Below, in pieces: positions 63,105 to 64,000 of a DNA stretch of 64,000 bases (its first letter is position 1; the number at the start of each line of letters is the position of its first letter). A program made the translations under genes and the position numbers. The notes under the pieces are model-generated. The model ran no database searches. It saw only the letters and a list, made by a program, of their open reading frames with translations, and was not told the origin of the DNA. Location: contig CAYZIY010000010.1 in NCBI GenBank assembly GCA_964478715.1, positions 2,250 through 66,249 of the forward strand. Direction: 5' to 3'. The stretch is from an uncultured Planctomycetales bacterium. GTDB taxonomy: Bacteria; Omnitrophota; Gorgyraeia; Zapsychrales; JBDRMG01.

Positions 63105-63896
63105 ATGAGTAAAGCCATTCTTTTAATCATAACCCTTTTATTATTGCCTTCAACAGTGCTTGGGGCGGCAGCCGCGGGTCAACGGCAACAAATGCAGCAA
63201 CAACAAATTCTAAAGCAGCGCGCTGTTATGGAGAAGGTTATGCAGGAACAGAAAAAGGCGGTTGCGCGGGAAGTCCAGCGAAAATATGGAGATATGGCCG
63301 CGCAGAAAGTAGCGGAACAAAAAATTAAAGAAGCGCAGAAAGCTATCGCCATCAAAAAGGCTGCACAGGCCAAAGCTGCCGCAGCTCAGATTGGTGCGGC
63401 CAAGGAGATCATGGAAAAAACCGCCGCTGTCACCCGCGGTGTTGCGCTTGAGCAAAAACAAATCATCGAACGTATCGCGGCTGAAAAAATGGCTCAAGAA
63501 GCATTGAAGAATCAACCGATCCAAGAATTTGACCCTCGTCCCATTACCGAGGAAAGCGCCGATAATGTGCTGGATGTTCTTTCTCAAAACGCCCAGGTCT
63601 GGCGGCAGATTATTGATGATGAGGCCAAAATATTCATCATTAATTTTTATAAAGAGCAATATTACCAGGATGATATTTATATCCGTAAACCATCATTTCA
63701 TTATGTTGAGCTGATTGATGAGATGTATGCCCAGACACCGGAGATGCTTAACCGGCCCTTTGAACAGGTCTTGCAGCTGGTAGCTATTATGGAGTATGAT
63801 TTTGACAATGGAACCAGCCCCGATGACCTGGCTCGTCAGGTGTTGGGCGATGAGATGTACGAATTCAACCGTCAGAGGATTACGAATCCAAATTAA
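63105..63896 (+). CDS. Hypothetical exported protein with Q/A/K-rich coiled coil and acidic C-terminal domain
   Basis: Signal peptide MSKAILLIITLLLLPSTVLG from ATG 63105. Confidence 0.75.
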   Translation: MSKAILLIITLLLLPSTVLGAAAAGQRQQMQQQQILKQRAVMEKVMQEQKKAVAREVQRKYGDMAAQKVAEQKIKEAQKAIAIKKAAQAKAAAAQIGAAKEIMEKTAAVTRGVALEQKQIIERIAAEKMAQEALKNQPIQEFDPRPITEESADNVLDVLSQNAQVWRQIIDDEAKIFIINFYKEQYYQDDIYIRKPSFHYVELIDEMYAQTPEMLNRPFEQVLQLVAIMEYDFDNGTSPDDLARQVLGDEMYEFNRQRITNPN

Positions 63897-63919
63897 CTTA
63901 TTGGAAAGGAGCCGATAAA

Positions 63920-64000
63920 ATGAAAAAGTGGTTGAAAGCTGCAGTCCTGGCCATCGTCGTTGTTTTCGCTTTGGGTGTGATTAAAAATTTTGCTCTCAAA
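63920..64000 (+). CDS. N-terminus of a membrane-anchored protein (truncated by window end)
   Basis: AAGGAG SD; MKKWLKAAVLAIVVVFALGVIKNFALK... Confidence 0.65.
   Translation, partial: MKKWLKAAVLAIVVVFALGVIKNFALK

Overview
Gene-dense, fairly AT-rich bacterial chromosome segment. Several proteins (eukaryote/Chlamydia-like TrxB, plant Deg2/Deg9-like protease, SET protein, many K/R-rich hypotheticals) suggest a PVC-superphylum organism, possibly Ca. Omnitrophota; this is inference only. The first ~1.2 kb looks like the right end of an integrated element: rhuM, a DsrE-family gene, a start-less HTH reading frame that runs through a tRNA-Asn-like 3'-end fragment, and an IS481-like end. Next come a six-gene glycan-tailoring cluster (GT2, formyltransferase, ACP, ketoreductase, stand-alone adenylation enzyme, LbH acyltransferase) and a six-gene cytoplasmic phosphorelay (REC-HD-GYP, Hpt-HisKA-HATPase-REC, CheY-like, CheX-like, Hpt, CheY-like). 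The rest is mostly core metabolism: gltA, pepA, fumC, split pntAB, rseC-rnfBCDGEA, acnA-leuCD, aroC, thiC-bioB-trxB-menA, ilvBN, an ABC-2 pair coupled to gshA-gshB-glutaredoxin, dusB and mtaB. Not shown in the ORF track: three small ORFs, a decayed macrodomain pseudogene, the frameshifted 5' part of a Cys-repeat gene, and several sigma70 promoters that imply leaderless mRNAs. No intact rRNA, tRNA, CRISPR array or riboswitch was recognised. All family assignments are from motif recognition; no database search was run.
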